Positions 53,376-62,652 of a stretch of 64,000 bases of DNA are shown piece by piece; position 1 is the first letter of the stretch; each line of letters begins with the position of its first letter. The DNA comes from Longimicrobiales bacterium. GTDB taxonomy: Bacteria > Gemmatimonadota > Gemmatimonadetes > Longimicrobiales > Gaopeijiaceae. The translations under genes were made by a program, and so were the position numbers. The notes below the pieces were generated by a model, which saw only the letters and a program-made list of their open reading frames with translations, did no database searches and had not been told where the DNA came from. The stretch is from positions 1,280,001 to 1,344,000 of the forward strand of contig CBDCNQ010000005.1 of the NCBI GenBank assembly GCA_965219445.1, in the 5' to 3' direction.

Positions 53376-55275
53376 ATCGGGATAGGGGAGGACCGGCGAT
53401 CCCGGTCCTTCCCCTCCCACACCACCAGGCATGCGGGTCCGCACCTGGCGGTTCGGTGAGTTGAGGTCAGTACGGCGTGAGCCGGGGCACACCCAGCTCG
53501 TCGAAGTACGCCCCTGGCAAGGCCGTGTGCAGGGCGTGGTGCGCGGCCACGTGCCACCAGCTTCGCGCGAACCGAGCAGCTCGCCAGGCGAGGTTCTCGC
53601 TCACACCGCGAGCCCTCAACTCCCGGTACGCTGTCCTTCCCCGTTTCCACTGGCGTAATTGCAACGTACGCAGCCGGCGGTGGATCCATTGGTCCAGGTC
53701 TCGGAAAACCCCCGGTGTATCCGCTAAGCCGAAGTATGCCTTCCACCCCAGCACGTAGCGCCGTAGCTCTTCTGCCACCTGTTGCAGGCTCCGCCCGCCA
53801 CTCCGGCTTGTAATCTGCCGGACTCGCTCCTTGAACTTCGTCAGGGCCTTCTTGCTGACCCGGCGCTTCACGACCTTCCCTGCCGCTACCCAGAAGCTGT
53901 AGCCCAGGAACTGTCGATCCCACACTCGCGCCACCGCGCTCTTTTCCTCGTTGACCTGAAGCCGAAGTTTCCCGTACAAGTGCCTCAGCGCCTGCATCAC
54001 ACGTTGTCCTGCCCGCCTCGACCGCACGTATACATTGCAGTCATCGGCGTACCGGACAAACGCGTGTCCGCGTAGCTCCAACTCCTTGTCCACTTCGTCC
54101 AGGAGCACGTTCGCCAGCAACGGCGACAACGGTCCGCCCTGAGGCGTCCCCATGTGCCGCTCCATCACCACCCCGTTCGCCATGACTCCGGCTTCCAGGT
54201 AGCGACGGAGGATCCGCAGCATCGCCTTATCCTCGATCCGCTTTGCCAGCCGCCCCATCAGCACGTCGTGGTTCACCCGGTCGAAAAACTTCTCCAGGTC
54301 CACATCCACCACCCATCGTCTCCCTTCCTGGATGTATTGCTGCGCTTCGCGCACCGCATCGTGTGCTCGGCGCCCAGGCCGGAAGCCGTGGCTGTGCCGA
54401 CTGAACGTCGGGTCGAACCTCGGTTGCAGCACCTGCAGGATGGCTTGTTGGATGAACCGGTCCAGCACGGTCGGAATCCCCAACTCCCGGACCCCTCCCC
54501 CACTCTTCGGTATCTCCTGCCTTCGTACCGGCTTCGGTTGGTAGGTCCCCGCCAGCAACCGCTGTCGGATCTCCCCCCAGTGCCTGCGCAAGTACTCTGG
54601 CAGCTCCTCCACGCTCATCCCGTCGATGCCCGGACTGCCCTTATTCTGCCGCACGCGTTTCAACGCTCCTACGAGGTTGGCACGCCCGACCACCTCCTCC
54701 ATCAGGAGATGCTCGCTTCCTGAGCGCTCGTCTCCATGGGCCACCGTTCCGGCTTCGCCACTCCCCTCTACCTTCGGGGCTTCACCCCTATCCTCCAGCG
54801 GGAGCTCCAGTTGCCTGGACTCCTGGCGCATGGCCTTCTCGAGATCCACGGTCGTCACACTCTCCTCTCCGTTCGGCCCTTCGTCCGACAAAGCTGGGTC
54901 CAAGCGCATCATGCACTTCGTCGGCCTACTATGGCCTCTGCTGACTTCTCGCTCCGCCGGCAGGCCCAACAGCGCAATGCCGGCGTCGCCCTTTCAGGCG
55001 TCAGGCGAGACCTCCCCGGGTAAGAACGATGACCTTCCCCGCACAATCGCCGGATCTACGCCGCTTCCCCTTGGTCGCAGGAGCTTCGCGGTCAGTGGTC
55101 CGCTCGCCCCGGTCCGCAACGCCTCGTATCCGGTTCCTGTTCGTCGACTCACGGGTTCGTTTCACGCTTCGTTCAGCGTACGCCTCACGACGAACGCCTT
55201 GCGCTTCCCTTCGGTCCCTGCGACCAGGTTCCGGGAGGACTTTCACCTCCAAGTCATCGCCCATGCCGGGCCCAC
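53376..55275 (-). mobile_element. Group II intron, class C (IIC), 1900 nt
   Basis: 5' GTGGGCCCGGCATGGGCG; domain V with CGC triad near 53421-53454; 3' end CCTATCCCGAT; precise excision restores the host frame. Confidence 0.93.
53467..54831 (-). CDS. ltrA: Group II intron reverse transcriptase/maturase without endonuclease domain (start uncertain)
   Basis: PGIDG, R.LGIPTV.DR, GTPQGGPLSPLL, RYADD, FLGY, domain X. Confidence 0.95.
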   Translation of the reverse strand: MRQESRQLELPLEDRGEAPKVEGSGEAGTVAHGDERSGSEHLLMEEVVGRANLVGALKRVRQNKGSPGIDGMSVEELPEYLRRHWGEIRQRLLAGTYQPKPVRRQEIPKSGGGVRELGIPTVLDRFIQQAILQVLQPRFDPTFSRHSHGFRPGRRAHDAVREAQQYIQEGRRWVVDVDLEKFFDRVNHDVLMGRLAKRIEDKAMLRILRRYLEAGVMANGVVMERHMGTPQGGPLSPLLANVLLDEVDKELELRGHAFVRYADDCNVYVRSRRAGQRVMQALRHLYGKLRLQVNEEKSAVARVWDRQFLGYSFWVAAGKVVKRRVSKKALTKFKERVRQITSRSGGRSLQQVAEELRRYVLGWKAYFGLADTPGVFRDLDQWIHRRLRTLQLRQWKRGRTAYRELRARGVSENLAWRAARFARSWWHVAAHHALHTALPGAYFDELGVPRLTPY

Positions 55276-56693
55276 CACACAGGACGTAGGTGGCCCACTG
55301 GCCCGCTCCGTGACGGATCTCGCCATCGGGTTGGACGCGACCATAGGGGCCGACCTGGCGGACCCGGCCACCCGGATTCTGACGGATCGGCCGCACCCCG
55401 GATTCGTGGACGGGCTCGATGCCGAGGCCCTTCAGGGGGCTCGGCTCGGGGTGTTGACCATGCTGTTGGGCGACCCCGCGGAGGATCAGGAGCACTCTCG
55501 GCTTGTTCGAGAGGCTCTCGACCGCATGAATGACGCCGGAGCGGAGATCATCGACATCGAGATCCCCGGTTTGGATTCGATCCTTTCCGGGTCGAGCCTG
55601 ATTGGCCACGAGTTCAAGTGGGACCTGATCGGTTACCTGGCCGCCACTCCAGGCGCACCGGTCGGTTCGCTCCAGGACATCCTCGATCGGGGTCTCTATC
55701 ACGTTCAGTTGGAGGCCACCTTCCGGCGCCGTGCTGCGACGGCGCAGAGAGACAGCGCCGCCTATCAACAGGCCTTAGGCAAACGTGCCGCGGCACGAAA
55801 TGTGGTGCTCGAGACGATGGACGAGCGGTCCCTCGACGCGATGGTCTACCCCACGATACGACGCAGGGCATCCCAAATAGGGGGATCCCCAACGGGGCTC
55901 GAACTGCCAATTGAGCGCAACGACAGGGCTTCCGGCACTGAGCGTCCCGGGGGGATTTACTGAAGCGGGGCTTCCCATCGGCATAGAACTCCTCGGGGGA
56001 CCTTTGGAGGACGCCCGACTGTTGTCGCTGGGCTTTGCATTCGAGCAATCCACCCAGCCACGACGTGCCCCAGCGCGAACCCCGCCGCTGGAAGACGGCA
56101 GGGCTCCTGACCCCGTCGCGTTCGAAGTGGCCGTCCAGGGGGGGCGTGCAGCTGCTTTCGTTCTGTTTTCATGGGATATCCCCACGAGCTCTTTGTCGTA
56201 TCAAGCGACTGTCTCAGGAATAGCGGTCGAAGAAATCATGGGGATGGGCCTCCACCGGGCCCAAACGAACCAGGAGGGCGGAGTGATCTACCGGCTCTCG
56301 GGCCCGGTCGACCAAGGAGCATCCGGCACGATTACGTTGAACGCTGGGGAACGAGAAGCGTTGATGGAGGGTGACCTCTATCTACGCCTGTACACGACGG
56401 AGGTCCCCTCGGGCGGGCCACGTGCTCCACTTCCCGCCCCGTGACGCCTCGACTTTGCGTCGACCCTTGATGACGCAGGGCTTCACCATGATCGTCGTCC
56501 TGTTAAGCGTCTGGATCCCGTCGCCGACAGCACCAGGTGCTATCCACGTTCCCGAGACGCCCAACGACCCCTGACCGCCAGTGAGTCGCACGCGCGCCCA
56601 GCCCCCCCCAGACGGGTGTACTTCTGGCGGCAGCCCGAGTATTTTACGGGGCTAACACAAGCCGATGGACCGTCCAAGAGTGAATAATAAGTC

Positions 56694-57098
56694 ATGGCCA
56701 AGCCCCCCCTACCGCTGATCGTCAAGTGGAGAGACCTCGCTCAAGAGGGTCAGTTTTACACCGACATAGCCAAGGATTTTCCTGATTACACGGCTAGTCA
56801 GATCCGCCATTATTGTCTCGGACACTCCGGCGCCAAGGCTCCGGGTCCCATACAAAAACGCAGGCGTTGGTCCGACAACCCATGGCTCCAGGGGGAGAAG
56901 TCACCGCACGCCCTTTTGGACGAAAAGCAGGTCCGGGAGGTCTTGGGCGACTGGGATGAAGAGAAGGGCTATTGGCGTAACGCCGCCGGACACTGGGCCA
57001 AGCTTCTGAGAGTCTCACCGAGCACGATTCTGGCGGTCAGGCGCGGCGATACGTGGAAGCACCTTAACCACCCCAACGCCGGGCGCAAGAAGAAGTAG
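56694..57098 (+). CDS. Hypothetical DNA-binding protein with two HTH-like segments
   Basis: GEK.PHALL.EKQVRE...AKLL.VS.STI..V..G.TWKH. Confidence 0.6.
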   Translation: MAKPPLPLIVKWRDLAQEGQFYTDIAKDFPDYTASQIRHYCLGHSGAKAPGPIQKRRRWSDNPWLQGEKSPHALLDEKQVREVLGDWDEEKGYWRNAAGHWAKLLRVSPSTILAVRRGDTWKHLNHPNAGRKKK

Positions 57099-57135
57099 GG
57101 GACCGCCGCGGGGCCCTCGCAGGATTCGGCCAGGG

Positions 57136-58203
57136 CTACATACTGCGGCAGTCTTCCTCAAGGCGATCCCTGGCCCTTTCCGGGGACTGGATGTCATCGT
57201 AGAAGTCGTAGAGATATTCCACCGCGTCCCTTCGATTGTCCTCCTCTAACCCCTCTTGGCCCATGTACAGCGCCTCGAGATCCGCGCGAATCTCTACGAA
57301 CTGGGCATAGACGAACTGGGCATAGACCGTGGAAAAGTCGAAGTTGGGGCGACAGAATCCCCGGTAAATCCGCTGCCGGACATTCCTGATGGGTAGGCCC
57401 TCGGTGGGCCTGGCGTACCTCGCCGACACAAAACCCGTCCAGTCGAAGTCGTAAGGGACCGGAACGTAAACACCTTCCGAATTCTGCAAGATCTCCGCAT
57501 TGTGGAATTGCACCATCGACCAGTCGGTATTCCCGACCATGTACTGAAAGACTGCGAAGCGCACGGCCTGTTCAGTACCGAAGTCTCGTGGGCTAGCCTG
57601 GCGGACCTCCAGGTACGTCCCCCCCAACCGCTCGGCCATCGCCTCGCCTTCCTCCCTGAAGAACGCGTACCGAACTACTGGATCGTCGTCGTCTTCCCCG
57701 TCGGCGTACGTGACGAGGGCCAACCGCACACGGAAACTCTCATCGGTGAGGAGATTGAACGTACGGTAGACCAGATACTCCTCGAGAACGTTCTGTTCAT
57801 CATCATCTCGGTCCCGGCAATGACTGACCAGCCTGATCCCGTTCTGCCCATCGAAGACCGTTCCGTCCATGCTATTCCTGGGAAAGTTGACTCGCAGGGG
57901 AGGGAACCGGCAATTCTCGAGCCTGTAGAGCCCACGGGTTCTGACCCGGATATCGATCGTGCGAGCCGTTCCTTCATCGTCGGTCAGCCTCAAGATCGCC
58001 GGTCGGTATTCGCTGTCCCGCGTCCGGTCACCCCGAAGGGCTCCATAGTCAGTCTCGATCGTAAATTCGATCAGCTCATGGGAGGAGAACAGACGCGGAA
58101 CCTCTCGTTCGACGGGCGCCGAAGCTTGCCCGGCTGCCCTTCCCGCGGTGATCGAAACGAGGGCCGTCACACAACAAAGCAGAACGAGTTGGGCGTTTTT
58201 CAT
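57136..58203 (-). CDS. Secreted hypothetical protein, CotH-kinase-like
   Basis: Signal peptide; VRTRG..R, EYLVYR.FN, GNTDW, HN, PYDFD. Confidence 0.6.
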   Translation of the reverse strand: MKNAQLVLLCCVTALVSITAGRAAGQASAPVEREVPRLFSSHELIEFTIETDYGALRGDRTRDSEYRPAILRLTDDEGTARTIDIRVRTRGLYRLENCRFPPLRVNFPRNSMDGTVFDGQNGIRLVSHCRDRDDDEQNVLEEYLVYRTFNLLTDESFRVRLALVTYADGEDDDDPVVRYAFFREEGEAMAERLGGTYLEVRQASPRDFGTEQAVRFAVFQYMVGNTDWSMVQFHNAEILQNSEGVYVPVPYDFDWTGFVSARYARPTEGLPIRNVRQRIYRGFCRPNFDFSTVYAQFVYAQFVEIRADLEALYMGQEGLEEDNRRDAVEYLYDFYDDIQSPERARDRLEEDCRSM

Positions 58204-59309
58204 ACTGGTTTCCTCCGCTTGGTTCGACTCCTGAGTGACCGTAACTCGGCGGCCTCAACGTGGTCGCCACCCTCGTCGCGAATCTTGTCCAGCATGACGC
58301 CGGGCTGCACACCGGGCTTGAGCCGGACCAGGTACTGGAGGATTGAAGCACCGTCCTGCCCTGGGATGATCTCGGCCAACCGCCACCGCAGGGTCATATC
58401 GTTGAGCGGGCCCTCCACCACTGCCTGTGCCTCGCCGGCGAGACTCGCGTGGATGAGTGAGAGCGCGTAGAGCTTCTTCTCCGTGTGAACGTCCGTCTCC
58501 TCGTCCAGGTATGTCTCGAGGCGAGCCACCCGGCCAACCATCTCCTGGAGATCCGACTGCGGCGTCGCGGCGAGGAGTGCCTCATCTCCGATCGAAATCG
58601 CCGTCCTGGCAGATCCCGGCCCGGCCAACACGTCTCCGAGCCCAAGAGAGGACGTACGGTGCAACTGATCCACATAGATATTGCCGAACTTCATCTTCCA
58701 CAGAACCAGATTCACGGTATTGAATACCATTGACGCGAGAAGGGCCGTCCCCAGCCTTTGGCTTCCGGCCGCCAGGCCAACGCCGATGGCGAGAAAGACG
58801 TAGACCGCGTCTTTCGTGTCCTCCAGGGTTGTCCGGAACCGCACTGCAGCGACGATTCCGGCAAGGCTGAAGGCCAGGGCCACACTGGTCTTGACGATGA
58901 TGACGATCCCAGTCACGGCGACCGGTAGGATGATCAACGTATGTACGACCGACTGGTCGTATCCGCCTCTTCGCTTGATGATGATATAGGTCCAAGCCAC
59001 CGGAATCATTATGGCGAGCGCTCCAAGCAAAGAAAGGCCCTGGACCGCCAGGCCGGCCCAACCTTGAACATCTGCGTCTTCTTCCAGCGGGACACCGGCG
59101 AACGTCCGAGTGATCTCGTCAGTGAAGACCCCCTCACCGCCGGCTTCGATAATCGCTTGGGTCAGCCAAGGGTACGTCCACAGGAGAGCCGCCGCGGCGC
59201 CCAAAAGAACCACGTAATAGGCGAGAATTCGAGTCAGCGTCCGTGTGACTCCACCCCCACCTGGCGCCTTCTTCTTGGAGGTTTCCCCATTCCCGCGAAT
59301 CTCACTCAC
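58200..59309 (-). CDS. DUF4956 family membrane protein
   Basis: AFSLAGIVAAVRFRT...D.KD..Y.F..IG.GLA.G. Confidence 0.85.
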   Translation of the reverse strand: MSEIRGNGETSKKKAPGGGGVTRTLTRILAYYVVLLGAAAALLWTYPWLTQAIIEAGGEGVFTDEITRTFAGVPLEEDADVQGWAGLAVQGLSLLGALAIMIPVAWTYIIIKRRGGYDQSVVHTLIILPVAVTGIVIIVKTSVALAFSLAGIVAAVRFRTTLEDTKDAVYVFLAIGVGLAAGSQRLGTALLASMVFNTVNLVLWKMKFGNIYVDQLHRTSSLGLGDVLAGPGSARTAISIGDEALLAATPQSDLQEMVGRVARLETYLDEETDVHTEKKLYALSLIHASLAGEAQAVVEGPLNDMTLRWRLAEIIPGQDGASILQYLVRLKPGVQPGVMLDKIRDEGGDHVEAAELRSLRSRTKRRKPV

Positions 59310-59311
59310 CG

Positions 59312-59725
59312 TCAGTTCCCGGCACCGAACTCGGCGAGTAACTCGTCGTCCAGCTTATCGGCATACTCTGACGTCCAGAGGATGAGATCGATGAGCTCGC
59401 CCGGATCCAGGTCCGTGACAGGTCGCCCTGCAGTGAGGAAGACCACGTCATCGGCGTCTATGGAAAATGCCGCTCGGCCGAGAGAGTCATGAGCCAACTC
59501 GAGAAGGCGCTCATAGAAAGCGGACCCTGCGGTTTCGGGAACCCTCATGAGTGCGAGGCGGACCACGACGAGGCTTTCGGGACTCTCGGGGTCCTTCACA
59601 ACGCTCACGGAGCCGGAGGCCGAACCCCGCTCGATCGGCTCCTCGAAGCCCACGGCGAGTGTCCCGTCCTCCAGCCCGTCCAGAATGCGGTCGACCAGTT
59701 CCATCAACGACATGATCTTGGGCAT
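59312..59725 (-). CDS. YbjN/CesT-like chaperone-fold protein
   Basis: Acidic 137 aa; FY..LLEL, AF.ID, AD.LDDEL...FG. Confidence 0.65.
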   Translation of the reverse strand: MPKIMSLMELVDRILDGLEDGTLAVGFEEPIERGSASGSVSVVKDPESPESLVVVRLALMRVPETAGSAFYERLLELAHDSLGRAAFSIDADDVVFLTAGRPVTDLDPGELIDLILWTSEYADKLDDELLAEFGAGN

Positions 59726-59773
59726 GACGCAACTTCCATACTGCCCGCGTGCGTGGCAAGCAGCCAGACGGCC

Positions 59774-60829
59774 CTACATCTCCTCCCACCAGGTACTGCC
59801 GACAGGCTCGAAGTGGCTCAATCGCTTGCCCGCCTGGAAGGCGTAGCAGCGATGGTAATCGATGTGGGTGCCGTCGTCGAGGGTGGTGCCGGTTCCGTTG
59901 CCGTCCAGGCCACCCACGACCAGCCCGTCGATCCTGTAGTTGTTGGGGGTGGTGACGATGTGGCCGGCGAGCAGAATGCCATTCCACTGGAGTCCGGCGG
60001 CCCCGGTAAAGTCCCCCGTCACAATCAGGATGCCCTGGCCGCAGGGGGGGGAAGAACTCAGGTTTCCGTTGAAGCGAGTCACAGTGAACGAATCCACCGG
60101 CAGAGCGCAGGACGGCCACGTATCCTCGTAGTCGACCGGGAAGGCAGGGTCGGTAAGGACGGCCCAGTCGATGCCGATTGCGTCGAGTGCCGCCGCCGCC
60201 CCGAGGGACACCACCTCGGGGTCTGGTCCATCGATCGGATCGGGAGGCTCGATGGTCACCGAGCCGGAGCCCATCATCAGGGCGGTGAGGTCCACGGAGG
60301 TCTGCGCGCACGCAAGCGCGCCCGCACCGTCGGTGCCGTCGATATGGGCATCGTGATCGACGTAAAGATCTCCGGTCACTTGGGTCATCATCGCCACATG
60401 GTTCAGCGCGACTTCCCGCTTGACGGCGTACTGATAGACGGTCCGGCGTGCCGCGGATCCAGTGAAGGTCGGATCGGTGTACACCCCTTCGGACCCGAGC
60501 AGGTAGAGCGTCTCAAAGTCATCGATCTCAGACACCAGCCGCGCGGTGACCACGGCGTCCCCACCCGCTATGGCGTACGTGGCGGTGTCTTCGTGAACGC
60601 CGATCTGCTTCCCGACGTAGGACCGCAGGCCGGCCCGCGCGATGGCGAGCGCAGTCTGCGTCTCCTTGGCGTGGACGGACAGGAGTGCCTCATTGAACAC
60701 CACCTGGTAGCCGGCAGCGCCCGCCACCCCGATGCCAAAGAGGAGGAGGACGACCAACGCGAGCACGAACCCGCCCCTGGGGTCGTCGCCGACCTCGAGT
60801 CCACTGTTGCCGGTGTCGCGCCGGCTCAA
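59774..60829 (-). CDS. PilX-like minor pilin
   Basis: GF-VLALVVLLL without Glu5, A..ARAG; TTG start overlaps the upstream stop. Confidence 0.75.
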   Translation of the reverse strand: MSRRDTGNSGLEVGDDPRGGFVLALVVLLLFGIGVAGAAGYQVVFNEALLSVHAKETQTALAIARAGLRSYVGKQIGVHEDTATYAIAGGDAVVTARLVSEIDDFETLYLLGSEGVYTDPTFTGSAARRTVYQYAVKREVALNHVAMMTQVTGDLYVDHDAHIDGTDGAGALACAQTSVDLTALMMGSGSVTIEPPDPIDGPDPEVVSLGAAAALDAIGIDWAVLTDPAFPVDYEDTWPSCALPVDSFTVTRFNGNLSSSPPCGQGILIVTGDFTGAAGLQWNGILLAGHIVTTPNNYRIDGLVVGGLDGNGTGTTLDDGTHIDYHRCYAFQAGKRLSHFEPVGSTWWEEM

Positions 60830-61656
60830 TTCTTGTTCCTCAGAGGAATGCCCACTGTCCACTCATAGGAGTAGGACTCGATGCCCCCGATGGAGTCGGT
60901 GGCGATGCCGGAAGCTATCACGCGAATGTTTTCAATATTAGCCACTGGTGCACCTGCGATCGAGTTTTGGTACGTGGAACTCGGCAGTCTGTACTGGAAC
61001 TTCGTGTCGGGCGTGATGCCAGTCGCAAACTCCCGAAGCGTGTCTCCCGTAACCCCACGGTAAACCGCCAGCGTGATCGGATCGAGCTGCGATTCATCGA
61101 TCTTGAACTCCACCTCCCGGTAGATCATGATGACCTCACCGAGTGTCGTGCCGCCGGCGATCAGGAGCCGCCCGAAGTCGTCGATGGCGCCCACCGTGTC
61201 GGCCGCGTTGAGCGTCAGGCATTGGTTGGCGTCGTTGGCGCCCGACGACACGAGGAGATTGGTCCAAGTGTCCGCAGTGTAGGTCCAGTTTCCGCCGGCA
61301 TCCTGCCTGGCGTAGCCGGCCACCTCGGGTCCATAGATTTCGGAGAGGCCCGGCATGTACACGCGACCGTGCGTGATCTCGTCGTGGCAAACGCCTCCCA
61401 TCGCGATCGGAAGGCGCACCACGAAGCGCCGGCTCTCGGCCGTGGTGACCCCACCGCCCGCCACCCCCCGGACTTCGGAAGCAATCAGGTCGGTCACCAC
61501 GCGGAGATTGTCCTGAACACGCGTCCGTTGAACCACGGTGCGGTAGAAGTTGTTCTGCGTGAGGAAAACCGAGGCCACGAGAGCCACGATGACCGACGAA
61601 AGGGTGAGGGCCACGAGCGCTTCGAGGAGGGTGAAACCGGCCTCGCGACCTACCAG
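60826..61656 (-). CDS. PilW-like minor pilin (start approximate)
   Basis: GFTLLEALV prepilin motif. Confidence 0.8.
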   Translation of the reverse strand: MVGREAGFTLLEALVALTLSSVIVALVASVFLTQNNFYRTVVQRTRVQDNLRVVTDLIASEVRGVAGGGVTTAESRRFVVRLPIAMGGVCHDEITHGRVYMPGLSEIYGPEVAGYARQDAGGNWTYTADTWTNLLVSSGANDANQCLTLNAADTVGAIDDFGRLLIAGGTTLGEVIMIYREVEFKIDESQLDPITLAVYRGVTGDTLREFATGITPDTKFQYRLPSSTYQNSIAGAPVANIENIRVIASGIATDSIGGIESYSYEWTVGIPLRNKN

Positions 61657-62042
61657 GGGCGGCCCACGAAGGCGACACCGCTGAAGGACGGCCCCGAGCC
61701 ACTCGACGGGGTGCCCGATACCTGCACGTGCCGGATGATCGCCGTCGAGTCGCTCACCGTTACCGACCAGGTATACGTCCGTCCCCGGATCGACGACGAG
61801 GAGTTGGTCGTGCCGACGGTTAGGGTGGCGTAATCCACCAACTCCAGGCTGTCCAACCGCTCCTGTCCCACGACCGCGAGCTCGGACCGCAGAGCCGCTC
61901 TCTCCATTTGCACAGACAGGGTTCCCGCCAGCCTCACGACGGCCAGCACTCCCATGGAGAAGATTACGAGGGCGCCGATCAGTTCGATCAGCGTGAACCC
62001 ATCCGGCGATAAACGTTGAGTCTTGTGACGTCCTATGCTCAA
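61650..62042 (-). CDS. PilV-like minor pilin
   Basis: GFTLIELI prepilin motif. Confidence 0.8.
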   Translation of the reverse strand: MSIGRHKTQRLSPDGFTLIELIGALVIFSMGVLAVVRLAGTLSVQMERAALRSELAVVGQERLDSLELVDYATLTVGTTNSSSSIRGRTYTWSVTVSDSTAIIRHVQVSGTPSSGSGPSFSGVAFVGRPW

Positions 62043-62545
62043 CGCGAGTCGATCCTTGAGGCTCCCATGATGTTGAAAAATACATCGTATACTGTCACTC
62101 CAGCGGCGAAGCTGGCCGTCCCGAGCGGAGACGCCGAGCCGCTCAGGTCACCTACACCCCGAGCATCGAAAGCTACACTGTCCCCGGTCAATTGAAGATT
62201 CAAAGAGTCGAGCGGAATCTCGTTGTCTCGACCAAACTCTCTCTCTACGAGCGTATCGCCCGACTCCCGCCTGATGAGGTAGCTCCCTCCAGTTTCATCA
62301 AAATCCACGATGACGACCTCCCTGCCCCTCACGGCACTTGTCCGTGCAAGACTCAGGTCCATCGCAAAAACCTGCGCCGCCCGTCGGGCTGCTGTTCGAG
62401 ATTGGTAGCCCCAAAACATGGTGATGGCCAACATAAGCGTGATCGTGTAGAGAATGAGTGTGACAAGCATCTCGACCACAGTAAACCCCAACCGGGTCGA
62501 TGAATCCTCACGACTCGCCACGACATCGCCGCCGATATGCCTCAT
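62039..62545 (-). CDS. FimT/GspH-like pseudopilin
   Basis: GFTVVEML, L.LAR..AV, FDARG. Confidence 0.8.
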   Translation of the reverse strand: MRHIGGDVVASREDSSTRLGFTVVEMLVTLILYTITLMLAITMFWGYQSRTAARRAAQVFAMDLSLARTSAVRGREVVIVDFDETGGSYLIRRESGDTLVEREFGRDNEIPLDSLNLQLTGDSVAFDARGVGDLSGSASPLGTASFAAGVTVYDVFFNIMGASRIDSR

Positions 62546-62652
62546 GTACTTGACCGCTAACGCTCCTCCCGGTGCCGAGTCTCGTTCTAAAGATCGGCAG
62601 CCAACCGCCCCGACTCAACCATTTCGTGATCCCATTGCACGGCCGGACCGTC

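Larger units (their letters stand above)
52597..56444 (+). pseudogene. Secreted amidase (amidase-signature family) with C-terminal CHRD-like domain, interrupted by an intron and frameshifted
   Basis: GGSSGG and GSDTCGSIR; joining 53375 to 55276 restores IIPLSHTQDVGGP; extra base near the G5 run at 55880-55884. Confidence 0.88.

Noticed and set aside
53467..54831. Retron, DGR or CRISPR-associated reverse transcriptase
   Set aside because: Canonical group II intron RNA boundaries, domain V and the maturase domain explain it
54626..55963. 445-aa ORF as an independent gene
   Set aside because: Chimera of antisense intron sequence and the amidase 3' portion
42144..57135. Intact prophage, or an attR duplicate of tRNA-Lys
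   Set aside because: No structural phage genes and no tRNA 3'-end repeat found by eye
60826..62085. 419-aa ORF start at 62085
   Set aside because: Overlaps the PilV-like gene; the prepilin motif places the start near 61656
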